A stretch of 64,000 bases of DNA from Heteronotia binoei. Its lineage: Eukaryota. Shown here in pieces: positions 25,036 to 36,990 of the stretch (positions are counted from its first letter, which is position 1; each line of letters begins with the position of its first letter). Under the pieces are notes generated by a model. It ran no database searches, had not been told where the DNA came from, and worked only from the letters and a program-made list of their open reading frames with translations. The translations under genes and the position numbers were made by a program. The stretch covers positions 89,962,001 through 90,026,000 of the forward strand of contig NC_083223.1 of the NCBI RefSeq assembly GCF_032191835.1. The letters run 5' to 3'.

Positions 25036-26511
25036 TAAAGAAATGCAATATTGGTAGCCATGGCAGGTGGGCCATCCTTTCCTTTGGCATCTAAACTTGT
25101 AAACTGTGTGACAGCTAGGGATGTATGAATTTTAATGTCTTTTTGATCTTATATGCTGTCATTATCATAGGTTTTAGAATACCTTATTTTGTTGCTATTT
25201 TTGATTATTTTGGGTTTTTAACTCTGTTCCAATGCCATTTACACAATACTTATGTAGCATTTATAGTCAAATGACACCCAAATTATCGTGGAGAAACATT
25301 TTTACATGAAAAACTGCTGCAAGGAAAACAGAAGATAGTATGAAAATAAAGATGCTCAGGTTCATTTCTCACAAGACAGAAGCAAAATTGAGGTATTCAA
25401 ATTAAATGGTGTAGATATAACATTTGGAGCACAATCCGGGGGGGGGGGGGGCGGAAAGTCTTTTGGGAGCAGACGAACCTCTATGTGGCCGCAGGAAGAG
25501 TTTGCGCGACATACAACCAGTGCTGCCACAGTGGAGGGGAGTTCTGTGGGCAGGGGGCCACCTGAGCGCCGCTCCATCCGAGGGCAGCGGCGTCTGAGGG
25601 CTTTGCCCAAGCTTGGGCAAAAGTGAGGCGGAGCGCAGAGTTAAGGCAGAGGAGGGGGTGGAGTTGGGGGCACGGCCAGGCTTAGGCAGCTTCCTGAGCA
25701 GTTTGGCCCATGACACCCCCCCAAGAGGCGCAACTTTATGCCTGCAAAAATGGTGGCGTGCCCCATAGGCAGTCGCTGAAACCAAAAACAAAGGTCACCT
25801 CCACCACTGCAGAAGCTTGAAAACCCCTTAGGGAGCAGCGTGATTACCTTGCCAATCCCCTCGCGCCTTGGGCTGACGAGCCCTCTCCCCAGCACTCAAT
25901 CGCGGTCCACCTCCTCCTAGAAATACTTCTTCTCTGGCCTCGCACAACTCAGTTGTTAAGGAGAGGAGTGCGTGGCGGGAAGCTCTGCTGGCGAGCTCCC
26001 GGCCATACAGCCTTAGAGTGAGGGACAGGCAGGCACGTTGGTGACGGTTTTGCACTTCGCGGTTGCTTTGACAGTATCTGTGACTTGCAACGGGGAGAGA
26101 GAGGTCTCTCCTCTGGGGCTAACTGCTCTTGTTTCCAGGTCTCCACAGGTTCCGGGGTCCCAGAATCTCTGCATGCAAGGACTGTCCCCATGGCTGGGTA
26201 AGTTCCACTGTCCCCAACCGCCTCCCCCTCCCCTCATTCTCGACCGCTCAGTGTGCGAGCGTCTCTGGCACTTGAACCAGGCAGTGGGCTCTGGCAGGGG
26301 GCATCTGCTGACCTTGCTCCCCTGTGCTGTTGCCTGCTCCCTTCCCTTGGTCTGCCCTCTGCTGCGTTCCCAACCCCTGGCCAGGCACAGAGCATGTGTG
26401 TGTGGCAGCTGCCCCATTGTGGGGAGGTGAGTCAGAGACTGTCCCTTTAAGAGAGCGTCTGGCTGAAACACAGCCTGCTCTTCCAGCCACCACCCCTGCA
26501 GGTGCTCTGGA

Positions 26512-26798
26512 GAGCCAGTTTGGTGTAGTGGTTAAGTGTGCAGACTCTTATCTGGGAGAACCGGGTTTGATTCCCCACTTCTCCACTTGCACCTGCTGGA
26601 ATGGCCTTGGGTCAGCCGTAGCTCTGGCAGAGGTTGTCCTTGAAAGGGCAGCTGCTGTGAGAGCCCTCTCCAGCCCCACCCACCTCACAGGGTGTCTGTT
26701 GTGGGGGAGGAAGGTAAAGGAGATTGTGAGCCGCTCTGAGACTCTTCGGAGTGGAGGGCGGGATATAAATCCAATATCGTCTTCTTCTTCTTCTTCTT
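26512..26798 (+). mobile_element. Young, full-length tRNA-derived SINE with an L2-like 3' tail (Squam3-like)
   Basis: A-box TGGTGTAGTGG, B-box GGTTTGATTCC, a 3' end GTGAGCCGCTCTGAG...GAGGGCGGGATATAAAT and a (TTC)n tail. Confidence 0.9.
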
Positions 26799-27459
26799 GA
26801 TCTCTGTCTTCATTTTGCAGGTGGGACTCCAACACAGAGGCTTCCGCGTGTGCCACTCCACCCCCACCCCCACTCCCTCAGCTGCTTCTGCTGCTGCTTG
26901 GGGCAGAGCCCCACCCATGGTGAGACTGCCCAGCGCACATCAGGGAAACTACTGCACTCTGTTCCAGAAAAATAAAGTCTGAGCTGTGCCCTCTGTTGTC
27001 TCTCCTGCTTGGCATATGCTGCTTGTTCCCGGGGCTACCCCTCCCCTCTGTCACTGGCCTCTCCGAGGGAGGGTGGGCAGACTTGGTTCTTGGGGAATGG
27101 GCTATGAGCTGCCATGCTGTCCCTCCGCATGACTGGACAGGGGAGGAGGGTGCCGCCCCTCAGCCTGCTTGGGCTGACAGCCTACCCAACTGCACAGGGC
27201 TGCTGTGCGCTGGGCACTTTGGGGGGGGGTTGAAGTGGATGCATGCCCAGCGGCTCACACTCTGAGTTCTGCGGCCCCCAGGGGAGGTGTTCCTTGCACA
27301 TAGCAGTGGGTGGCAGCAGGGCAACACTGGGGGGAGGCTCCAGGTGGTGGTGTCTTTTGGACTTGGTCTGGCCTCTACCAGACACATTCCAGCTGATGTC
27401 TAGGACAGGGAACTCCTGCACTTGGCACTTCCAGCTTGTCCGCATATGTCCCTGGCCGC

Positions 27460-27800
27460 TAGCCTGCCATTGGCAGAGTCTTTGACAGCGGGAGGTAGTG
27501 GGGGGATTGACGACCTCTCAGGCGCAAGCTTTCTGCTCCCTCGCCCGGTCATGTGCAATGGGCTGGCCAATCCCGTGGTCCCATGCGAGCCTGCGCCTCC
27601 CCCACCCCCGCCTCGGCAGCGGGCCAATGGCGTGTGCCTGGGCAGAATCACCATGGCAACAGGTTCTCGATCATTGGGCCCCTCTTCCCTTTCCCAGCAT
27701 GGTGTACCATCTCCCCTTTGGAAGCCAATGAGCGGTGCCGTAGATCCACCCACGCCCGAGCGGCCGCCCACCATGTATGTATGGATTGGGCTGCCCGTCT
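27460..27800. promoter_or_regulatory. CpG-rich promoter-like element with an RFX X-box and six CCAAT boxes
   Basis: ATCACCATGGCAAC at 27647-27660. CCAAT/ATTGG at 27469, 27567, 27624, 27673, 27725 and 27785. Locally high CpG. Confidence 0.5.
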
Positions 27801-29234
27801 CCTTCCAAGTACTTACATTTCAGTGGCATTATATAGGGGCATCTGTGATGCAGACTATGCCATATCTCTAAGCTTCTGCACCATCCTCCACCCTTGAGTA
27901 ATACTAACATTTTCATAGTTCCTGCTGGGGAGCTTCAGCAGCAGAAACAAAGGAAGAAATGGATGTTCACATGGGTGAAGCATGCATAGATGGGCAGATT
28001 TGGAGGTTGTGGCCACTGACACTTTCTGAATTTCCTTTGCTTAATCAGGCCCCAGTGTCATGTTCCTTTTTTTCTTTTTTGGTTTGCATAAATTTTATTC
28101 TACAGATAGCTAGTTATATTATCAGATAGCTGTAGTATATTGATGCTCCTGATTTTATCAATTTGCTTTCTCATTATTTCTGTTGTGTTCAACCGGGAGA
28201 TCCCAACAGTCTAATGTAATAACACAGACAAAAGCAGGAAAGCTAATTAATTTGCATACAGAAATATTCAGTAGCGCAGAAGCCACCATAACAGGGCATA
28301 AGTGAAAAACGATAAACCATAATATTTTGCTCTTAGTGTTGGTAGAAGCATTCCTGTGGATTTTTAATCTAGCAGAAAAGAGTCTGGGCTGATGTACAGC
28401 CAAAACAAGTTTTAAAAAATCCTATTACAGATTCTTTAGGTATCAGCATTGCATAATGCTGTAATGTATCATGCTTCATTGTGGCACATTCTCCCATTTG
28501 TCACTTTGCGTCACATTGCTATATCTCAAAAATCACAGCATCTCCTCTTTTCTTCCCCCTCTTTAGGAAGGCAAATGGACACAAAAGATCTGGCATAGAA
28601 AACAAGGATATTTCAAGGATCAGGATCTCAGAATAAGAAGTAATTTAATATTTCAAGGATCTGCTATCTGTGAAAGAGGATTATTATTTAAACTGATGTT
28701 CCCAACACTTTTATATTCAAAATAAAGTGTTTTTGATATTCAGTTTGTTTATTCTTTATCTGTAATTTTTTTTACTGGTTTCAGTGGGATTATTCTAAAA
28801 CATTTGTTTTCAATCCTAACAGGATTTATTTTGGAAAATTATATATTTATGGCACTTAGTTCTAAATAAAAGTTTTAAGTAAGTATACCTACATTACTTG
28901 GAAACAAATGTCACCTAAGTGAATGGGACTAATTTCCAAATTCATGCAGTAAGAACTGAATTTTTATTAGGAGTTGCGGAAGAAACTAGATGACTGAGCA
29001 GTAGTGTCAATGAACAAGCCAAGAAGGTGGCCCTTTCAGATCACATAGAACTAATACTCTGGATTATTTTTCTTTCTGACTTACTCAATGATTCTGACTA
29101 CTATTATAAACAATTAAATGGACATATTCAAAAGATATGAATAAAAGGCACAGCAAAAAAAAAGATTATTCTACCTCTGTTAAGATTGTTGCAGTTCCTT
29201 TGAGGCATAAGAAATATAATATTAACAACTGTAT

Positions 29235-29604
29235 TTGTTAATGCATGGAATGGAGAAAGTAGAGAAAGAAGTACTTTTCTCCCTTTCTCACAATACAAGA
29301 ACTCGTGGGCATTCGATGAAATTGCTGAGCAGACAGGTTAAGACGGATAAAAGGAAGTACTTCTTCACCCAAAGGGTGATTAACATGTGGAATTCACTGC
29401 CACAGGAGGTGGTGGCGGCCACAAGTATAGCCACCTTCAAGAGGGGTTTAGATAAAAATATGGAGCACAGGTCCATCAGTGGCTATTAGCCACAGTGTAT
29501 GTGTGTATATAACATTTTTTGCCACTGTGTGACACAGAGTGTTGGACTTGATGGGCCGTTGGCCTGATCCAACATGGCTTCTCTTATGTTCTTATGTTCT
29601 TATG
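29235..29604 (+). mobile_element. CR1 LINE 3' end
   Basis: ORF HGMEKVEKEVLFSLSHNTRTRGHSMKL...KYFFTQRVINMWNSLPQEVV with a (TTCTTATG)n tail. Confidence 0.92.
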
Positions 29605-32165
29605 TATTTCTAACTATCCTGAGCATCCCAAGAAATGATCCCAAGAGTAACATTTTTTAAAAAGCGATGTGATTCACCACCTAATTGAGCCCAAATATTT
29701 GAGACTGAAATTCACATCTTTATCTATATAAACACTTTTTTGATACTTAGAAGTTTGCATTCGGGTTCGGATTAATAAACTGCAACCTTGAGCACAGTGG
29801 GAGCAACAAGAATCATGGGAGTCATCAACCATCCAGATTAGACTACCCACTGAATATAAGTGATATCAAAACAAGCTGGCTTTGGCCAACATGGAGGTGT
29901 GGTGTGGGTAGATGTCGCTATATGATGCAGAATGAGTTGTTTGGTGGCATTTGTAAAATAATGTTGATGCAGAAAAAGACCAATCTCCCTGGAACACAGT
30001 CCTGGATGATCAGTGGGCCTCCTGAGAACAGAAGGGAGGGAAGGAGTTCACAGCCTACAGAATCAAAAGCTTATATCAAAGACTTTATTGTACGCACGTT
30101 TATGGAGACATTTATCTGTATATAATCTGTTCTATAACCCCAGGGACCCTTGTCAAGAAGACTGCAGTATGAAAAGAAATTGTTGTGATTTTGGGATGAC
30201 ATCCAATTCCAAATTTGAAATTACATGGACAATATTCAAAAGCATTATAAGAGTTTCTTTAGCAAGATGATATATAACCAATGTCTGACATGATTATTTT
30301 GGAAAGAAAAAAAATATGAAAAGTGAATCCAATTTTTCAATACTGTATCCATTAGTAAGTTGCCCTGTCTGCTCATATTAAGTGAAGTGAATGCAAACTG
30401 CAGCAAACATGCTGGATTACCCAATCCAGTCTTTTTGTCATGCAGAATTAGTTTATTCTGCATCTGGTTAACATTGCTTTGTGCTGCTTGTATTGATAAG
30501 TAAGCCATGTTCTCTTGCTAAGGCTAATATTTTTCTGGTGTTACATCATGACTGGAGACTGATTTAGTTGGAAGCATATCCTCTAACACTGTATATCTAT
30601 GTGGCAAAGCAAGGACTGGGGGGAGAGCAGTTATCCTGGGTTCTCAATTGGGAATGGATTCTGTTGGGAATGTTTTAACTTCCTCCAACTCTTTGGTTGG
30701 TATAATGTTATTTATTGGGTTAAATAAAAAAAAATCGATTTGACTTGTAAGCAGTTTATGCAGTATCCCCAGTCCTCCGTGTTTCCTGGTTAAGGGGAAA
30801 AGGCTGTTTAAACAAATTACAAAGATGATCTGACTCCAATGGTAACAAGAAAAAGAAATTCTACTTACAAAAAGAGAAGCAAATTTTACATGACACATTC
30901 ATGCAGGTACATTTAACTGACTGTGAACATATTAACTTCAAGAAGTCTATCCTGGGTAAGAAATAGATGAGAGGTCTTATATAAATGGAACAGAAGGCGA
31001 GCAATGGCCAAAGAGGTTCTAACCAATAAGAGGGTACGATCAACTGCCAAGTGTACCTGAGTGAGAGAATTCTCTTAACCTTTTCCCTCCCAGTTCCTCT
31101 TGCATGAAGAATTAATATATCCAACAGTTATTTTGTCATCTGGGGTCACTCACTTGTGATCAAGCACAGGATTATGACAAAGCTCTGCTCCTTTCTAATG
31201 CCCCAACTAGTTCTGTCTGGCTTTGTCCCTTGTACTGACAGTGTATCATCAACATAGCAATTATACTGGTATTGCATGACACTGGCAGTAGCAATGCAAC
31301 TGTAGCCAAGAGGTGCTGCCTAGCTCGTGGGATCATCCCAAAAGCAGGGGTCCCCACCCACTCTTGGCCTGAACCAGAGATCCCAAAAAGACAGGCCAAG
31401 CAAGAACATTCTAAGCCTGTACCAAAGAGCCAGCTAAGGCTGCACACGAAGGATTTCTATCTAAGGTTGTAAAATGCATCCTTGAGGACAATTTCCAGTT
31501 GCTTCCCCCCACCTAGCAATGGAATGACAGTGACAATGAGTTCCATCAGGTAATGTATCTGCATGCTCAAAACTGGATGGCAACATCTGGCTAATCTTCT
31601 CCTGCCTCCAGAACCCTACTTAATCCCTTTTGCATGATACCTATGTTAATATACAAATCCATTGTACACCAAACCCACCCTTCCTGTCCCCTTCCTCAGA
31701 GTACCAAGGTAAAATTAATCTAAACGTTAAACCATTAATGATCCTTCCTGACACCCTTCTTTTTGTCTAAGCCTGGGAACCTATTCAATTTGCTCTGGAA
31801 AGCCATCAACAATTGTTAAATTCATTACATTCAAGAAGGGCCCTCAAAATCCTATAAAAAATAAGAGCAAACCACACCCCAGTGTGCAATCTGAGGGCAT
31901 CAACATAGATTACACCCCCAAAGCCTCTCCTTTGGGCCTCCTTTTTTGCAAGACATGCTGGCTGTTCACATTCCCCTCTACGCGAACATCTGCACATCTG
32001 GAAAACCCATATAAAGGTAAAGGTAGTCCCCTGTACAACCCATATAACTGCTCCTAAACATCTTATTTCACCTCTTATTTTCTTAATGCTGGATTGTGTG
32101 TATACTTTGATTGCTTAAATTTGGTTGTAAACCAGCATATTTTCCAAGTAAAATTCTTTAAACCT

Positions 32166-35100
32166 TTATTTATTTATTTATTCATTCATTCCCCACCTTC
32201 ACCACCAAAGCAGGCTCAGGGCGGCTTACTGCATAAAATCCCAGAAACAATAAAATTAGTAAGTATTAAAAATACACACTCGGTAATAAAATAACAATAA
32301 TTAAAACAGTTAAAACAATTAAAACAGAAAACCAGACTATTAAATTGGTGCTATTCTGATGGCAACGACCTTCTTCCACAGCTCTTAAATACCGGTGCCA
32401 ATCAATTGTATGCCAGTCAGAAGAGGACAGTCTTGCAGGCCTTGCGGAACTGCACCAGGTTCTGTAAGGCCCTCACTTCATCTGGAAGTTTGTTCCAACA
32501 GCAGGGGGCTATGATTGAGAAGGCCCTGTCTCTAATTGATTTCAATCGGGCCTCCTTCAGCCCGGGGATTACTAGCAGATTAAGTGATCCCTATCTAAGT
32601 ACTCTCTGGGGAACATGTGGGGAGAGACAGTTCCTAAAGTAGGCAGGTCCTAGGCCATATAGGGTTTTAAAGGTAATAACCAGCACCTTGTAACGAACCT
32701 GGTAGACTATTGGCAGCCAGTGCAGTTCCTGGAGTCCCTGGTGAATGTGCTCCTGCCTGGGAAGCCCCAATAACAGCCGGGCGACCGCGTTCTGCACTAG
32801 CTGCAACTTCCGGGTTTGGCACAAGGGCAGTTCCATGTAGAGGATATTACAGTAGTCCAACCTCTAGGTGACCATTGCGCAGATCACTGTTGCCAGGTCA
32901 CCATGCTCCAGGAAGATGGAAAAACGTGGATTTAGCAGTGGCTGCTATCTGGGCCTCCAGTAGTACCCCAAGCTCTTGACCTTGTGCGCTATTGCTAGTG
33001 GTGCACCAACAAAGGGCGGTAGGGGGATTTTCCTTTCAGGACCACCACGACTCAAGCAGAGGACCACTGGATTAAGCTTCAATCTACTCAACCTAAGCCA
33101 TCCAGCCACGGCTTGTAGCACCAGGTCCAAATTTTCTGGGACACAGTCAGGCCGGCCGTCCATCAGTAGATAGAGCTGGGTGTTATCAGCGTACTGGTGA
33201 CAACCCAACCTATACCTCCAGGAAATCTGGGCAAGGGGGTGCATGTAGATGTTGAACAACTTCGGGGAAAGCACCACCCCCTGAGGCACCCCGCAATCAA
33301 GCACGTGTCTCCGGGACAGTTCACCCCCAATCACCACCCTTTGTCCCTGACCATTGAGGAAAGTCATTGCAAGGCCAGCCCCTGAATCCCTGTGTCGGCG
33401 AGACAGTGGGTCAGCAACCAATGGTCAACTGTATCAAATGCTGCCGATAGGTCCAACAACATCAGTACCACCGAACCGCCTTGATCCAGATGCCGCTGGA
33501 GGTCACCAGGGCGACCAGCACTGTCTCCATCCCATGGCCTGGGCAAAAGCTGGACTGGTGGGGTCTAGAACGGAAGCGTCATCCAGAAAGTTCTGTAACT
33601 ACAGCACCACTGCCTTCTCAATAATTTTACCCAAAAAGGGTAAATTCGAGACCGGCCGGTAATGTGCCAATTCGGCCAGGTCTAGTGTCGATTTTTTCAG
33701 GAGAGGGCGGACAACAGCCTCTTTAAGAGGTGTTGAAAAATGGCCTTCCATAAGGGATCTATTCACAATATCCCATATAGGATATCTGAGCTCCCTCTGG
33801 CAAGCTTTAATAAGCCAGGAGGGGCAAGGGTCCAGATAACAAGTTGTAGGTCATGCAGTAGAGAGTATCCTGTCAACTTCCTCTAGGCTGAGTGTATTGA
33901 AGCAATTCAGAACAAAACCAGAAGACAGGCATGGGGCCTCGAGTTCACATACTGTCTCCAATGCAGCGGGGAGGTCGTGGTAGAGCGACGAGATCTTGTC
34001 TGCAAAAAAGTTCACAAAAACCTCACAGCCAATCTCCAATTCCTTAGAATTTGGCCTGCCTTGTAGCAGTGTTGTAAGGGTCTGAATTGTGTTGAACAAT
34101 TGTGCCAGGCGCGAAATTGCAGACGCAATCTTGGCCGCAAAGTAAGTTTTCTTTGTGGCTTTGACTGCCATCTCGTAGGACCTCATAAACTCTCTATAAG
34201 GTATTCTAGTTGCTTCATCTCAAGAACACCACCATTGCCTCTCTAGCTGTCTGAGTCCTTGTTTCATCTGCCGCAACTTCAGGTTATACTATAGCACTAG
34301 CTTAGAGCGAGGGTGCAGAGGACGCTGAGGTGGTGAAGTGCATGGACTCTTATCTGGGAGAACCAGGTTTGATTCCCCACTCCTCCACTCGCACCTGCTA
34401 GCATGGCCTTGGGTCAGTCATAGCTCTGGCAGAGGTTGTCCTTGAAAGTGCAGCTGCTATAAGAGCCCTCTCCAGCGCCACCCACCTCACAGGGTGTCTG
34501 TTGTGGGGGAGGAAGGTAAAGGAGATTGTGAGCTGCTCTGAGACACTTCGGAGTGGTGGGTGGGATATAAATCCAATATCTTCTTCTCATCGATGGCTCT
34601 GGAGAGTCTGTCATACCAAGACACCGTCAGGTCATCCAGGGAAGCCAGGAATCTCATAGAGCCATTTGGAATCCCATAGAGCCATTTGGAACCGTTCCGG
34701 GTCCATCTGGCTCTGCGGGCAAGCTAAAATATGCTCACCGCCTAAACGGGCTTGAGGTGGGACATCCACATGAGCCTTGAGGGCATAGTGGTCCGACCAT
34801 GGCACTGCTTCATCATTAATACAGTCCACTAAAACTCCCGCCACAAATATCAAGCCTAGTATGTGCCCCGCCTGGTGAGTAGGCATTGTAATAATTTGAG
34901 AGAGTCCCAGTGTCACCATGGATGACACTAGGTCCATCGCCTGACTGGAGGTTGCATCATCGGCATGAACATTGAAGTCACCCAGGATCAAAAGCCTTGG
35001 GTACTCCAATGCTCAGCCTGTTACAGCCTCCATCAGGGATGGTAAGGCGCTGGCTGGTGCATTAGGCGGACGGTACACCAGCCAGATTGCCAACCCCTCT

Positions 35101-36150
35101 CCAACGTCTCACGCCAGACCAGCACATTTAATGCCCTTAATCTCTGGGGCTGGAAGAGCCCGGAAGGAGTAAGCCTGTCATATGAATAGAGCTACCCCTC
35201 CCCCCCCCGCTTGTCTATGATTGGTGAAAGACTGAGTATCCTGGGGGAGCCATCTGGGAGAGAGCTACAGTCTCACCATCACGCACCCAGGTCTCAGTCA
35301 CGCAAGCCAGGTCCACATCCTGTTCAAGCAAGAACTCCCAAAGGATTGAGGTCTTATTATTTATGGACCTGGCATGACATAACACCAATGAGGGAGGTGA
35401 GTAATTCAGCCTGACCCCTCTACCTGCCATTGTCGGGATGGGTCGCAGACTGAAAGGGGGCTGAGCACTATCATGCCTCAGCCTCCTTCCCTTATAATTC
35501 TGTCTATTCCCACCATCATACCTTCCCCTCCCCAGGAGTACTGGAATTCCCAGGCTGGTCATCCCCTGCTGGTCTCCATCACAGCCTCAGACCAGGTGTA
35601 AATAGGCCGGGCTTGTCACCCTACTCTGGGTGTTAAACAGCTCCCCAACCCTCTCTTCTCACACCAATCAATCAATTTCCTAATTTAAACTAACCTGCTA
35701 ATAATTTAATCTAATAGTTAATTTAATCTAAAACCCCACCCCACAATCTCCCCTTTAATTAATTAGCTAAAAATAATTTAATTAGTTCTAATGGCTCCTT
35801 AATTGTAAAAAACCCTCCCAGCCAGTTACCTTCCCTAATTAATTTGCCAGAAATATAAAATTCATCAAATAGCCAATCAATTAACCAATAATCCAAAATT
35901 AATTAACCAATAAAATTACATTAACAATCAATTTAGCAGTCAGCAATTCCCTTTGTGCATTGGCAGTTAAGATCAGGTTAGAGTTAAAATGATGCTGGAT
36001 AAAAACACTGCAATGCTGAAAGTGCAAGGTGTTCTTAAAGTGCAGAGTGTTCTTAAAGTGTGGTTGTTCTTAAAGTGCGGTAATGCTGTCCGAACCCCTT
36101 TCAAGTCTGGAGTCTTCTTACTGAGGTAGACCTCGGTATACAAAGGTGTG
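32166..36150 (-). mobile_element. Near full-length but decayed L2 LINE (same family as the 55.4-58.2 kb copy)
   Basis: Frameshifted ORF2 pieces: EN N-terminus LCHARSINNK...CVTETW (35215-35562), GDFNVH/THQAGH/SDH (34632-35009) and RT CHQYADNTQLYL (32945-33421). L2 3' tail at ~32170-32230. Confidence 0.9.
34330..34587 (+). mobile_element. SINE (Squam3-like) nested in the L2
   Basis: Matches 26512-26798 apart from the first ~15 nt. The L2 sequence resumes on both sides. Confidence 0.9.
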
Positions 36151-36479
36151 CAATCCTTGTACCCTTCTGATCATGCTTGTGTCATAGCTAATTTTCCCAA
36201 CATCAAGACAGGGCCATTTGTGGTAACACCATGACTAAACATGAGGTTATAAAATGATGCATGGAGTAAACAAAGTGGAGAGTGAGAACCTTTTCTTCAT
36301 CCCTCCACAGTAGTATATGGCTGGGGTTTTTTTTGTCAAATAAGTGGAAGGAGAATGACTGATATATGGGATTTGCTGCCATAGAATGAGGTGATTTTGT
36401 TGCCTTTAAAAGAAGCTTAGATGCAAGAGCATTATGACTAAATAGACGCTCCATGTTCAGTGGCAGTAAACTAATAATA

Positions 36480-36888
36480 ATAGTAATAAATAATAACTTT
36501 ATTTTTGTATCCCGCCCTCCCCCGCCAAAGGCGGGCTCAGGGCGGCTCACAGACATGGAATTCCATTATTCAAATAAAACAATATAAACAACAATTTTAA
36601 ATACAATCGATTACATAAATAAATTAGTTAAAAATAGATAAAATAGGTGCTATAAAATACTATACGTCATAATCATACATAAGATGGCTAGATGGCTACA
36701 AATCAGTTTAGCCAGGTTCTGTCTTAAAAGCAAGCTGAAAAAGAAATGTTTTGCAAGCCCTGCAGAATTGGTTCAGGTCCCGCAGGGCTCGCACCATCTC
36801 TGGAAGTTGATTTCACCATCGAGGGGCCATTGCTGAGAAGGCTTGCTCCCTGGTTGTCTTCAATCTAGCCTCTCTTGGCCCAGGGATT
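36480..36888 (-). mobile_element. L2 3' end fragment
   Basis: TATCCCGCCCTCCCCCGCC..GGCTCAGGGCGGCTCAC tail and an ORF2 end homologous to 55600-55760. Confidence 0.85.
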
Positions 36889-36894
36889 GTTAAA

Positions 36895-36990
36895 ACTAGT
36901 GTTGAGGCATCTGGCTGTCCACTGTAAAACAGGATTCTAGATTAGATGGACCAGTAATCTGATCTAGCAGTGCTGCTCTAATGCTCTTAC
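36895..36990 (+). mobile_element. Short CR1 3' tail fragment
   Basis: CTGGCTGTCCACTGT...AGATGGACCA...TCTGATC...CTAATGCTCTTA resembles the CR1 tail at 29.5 kb. Confidence 0.5.

Noticed and set aside
25602-25621. Perfect 20-bp palindrome TTTGCCCAAGCTTGGGCAAA
   Set aside because: A single short palindrome with no supporting context. It is recorded but no function can be argued.
26512-26580. tRNA gene
   Set aside because: The A and B boxes belong to a SINE head, there is no cloverleaf, and the sequence continues into a multi-copy SINE body.
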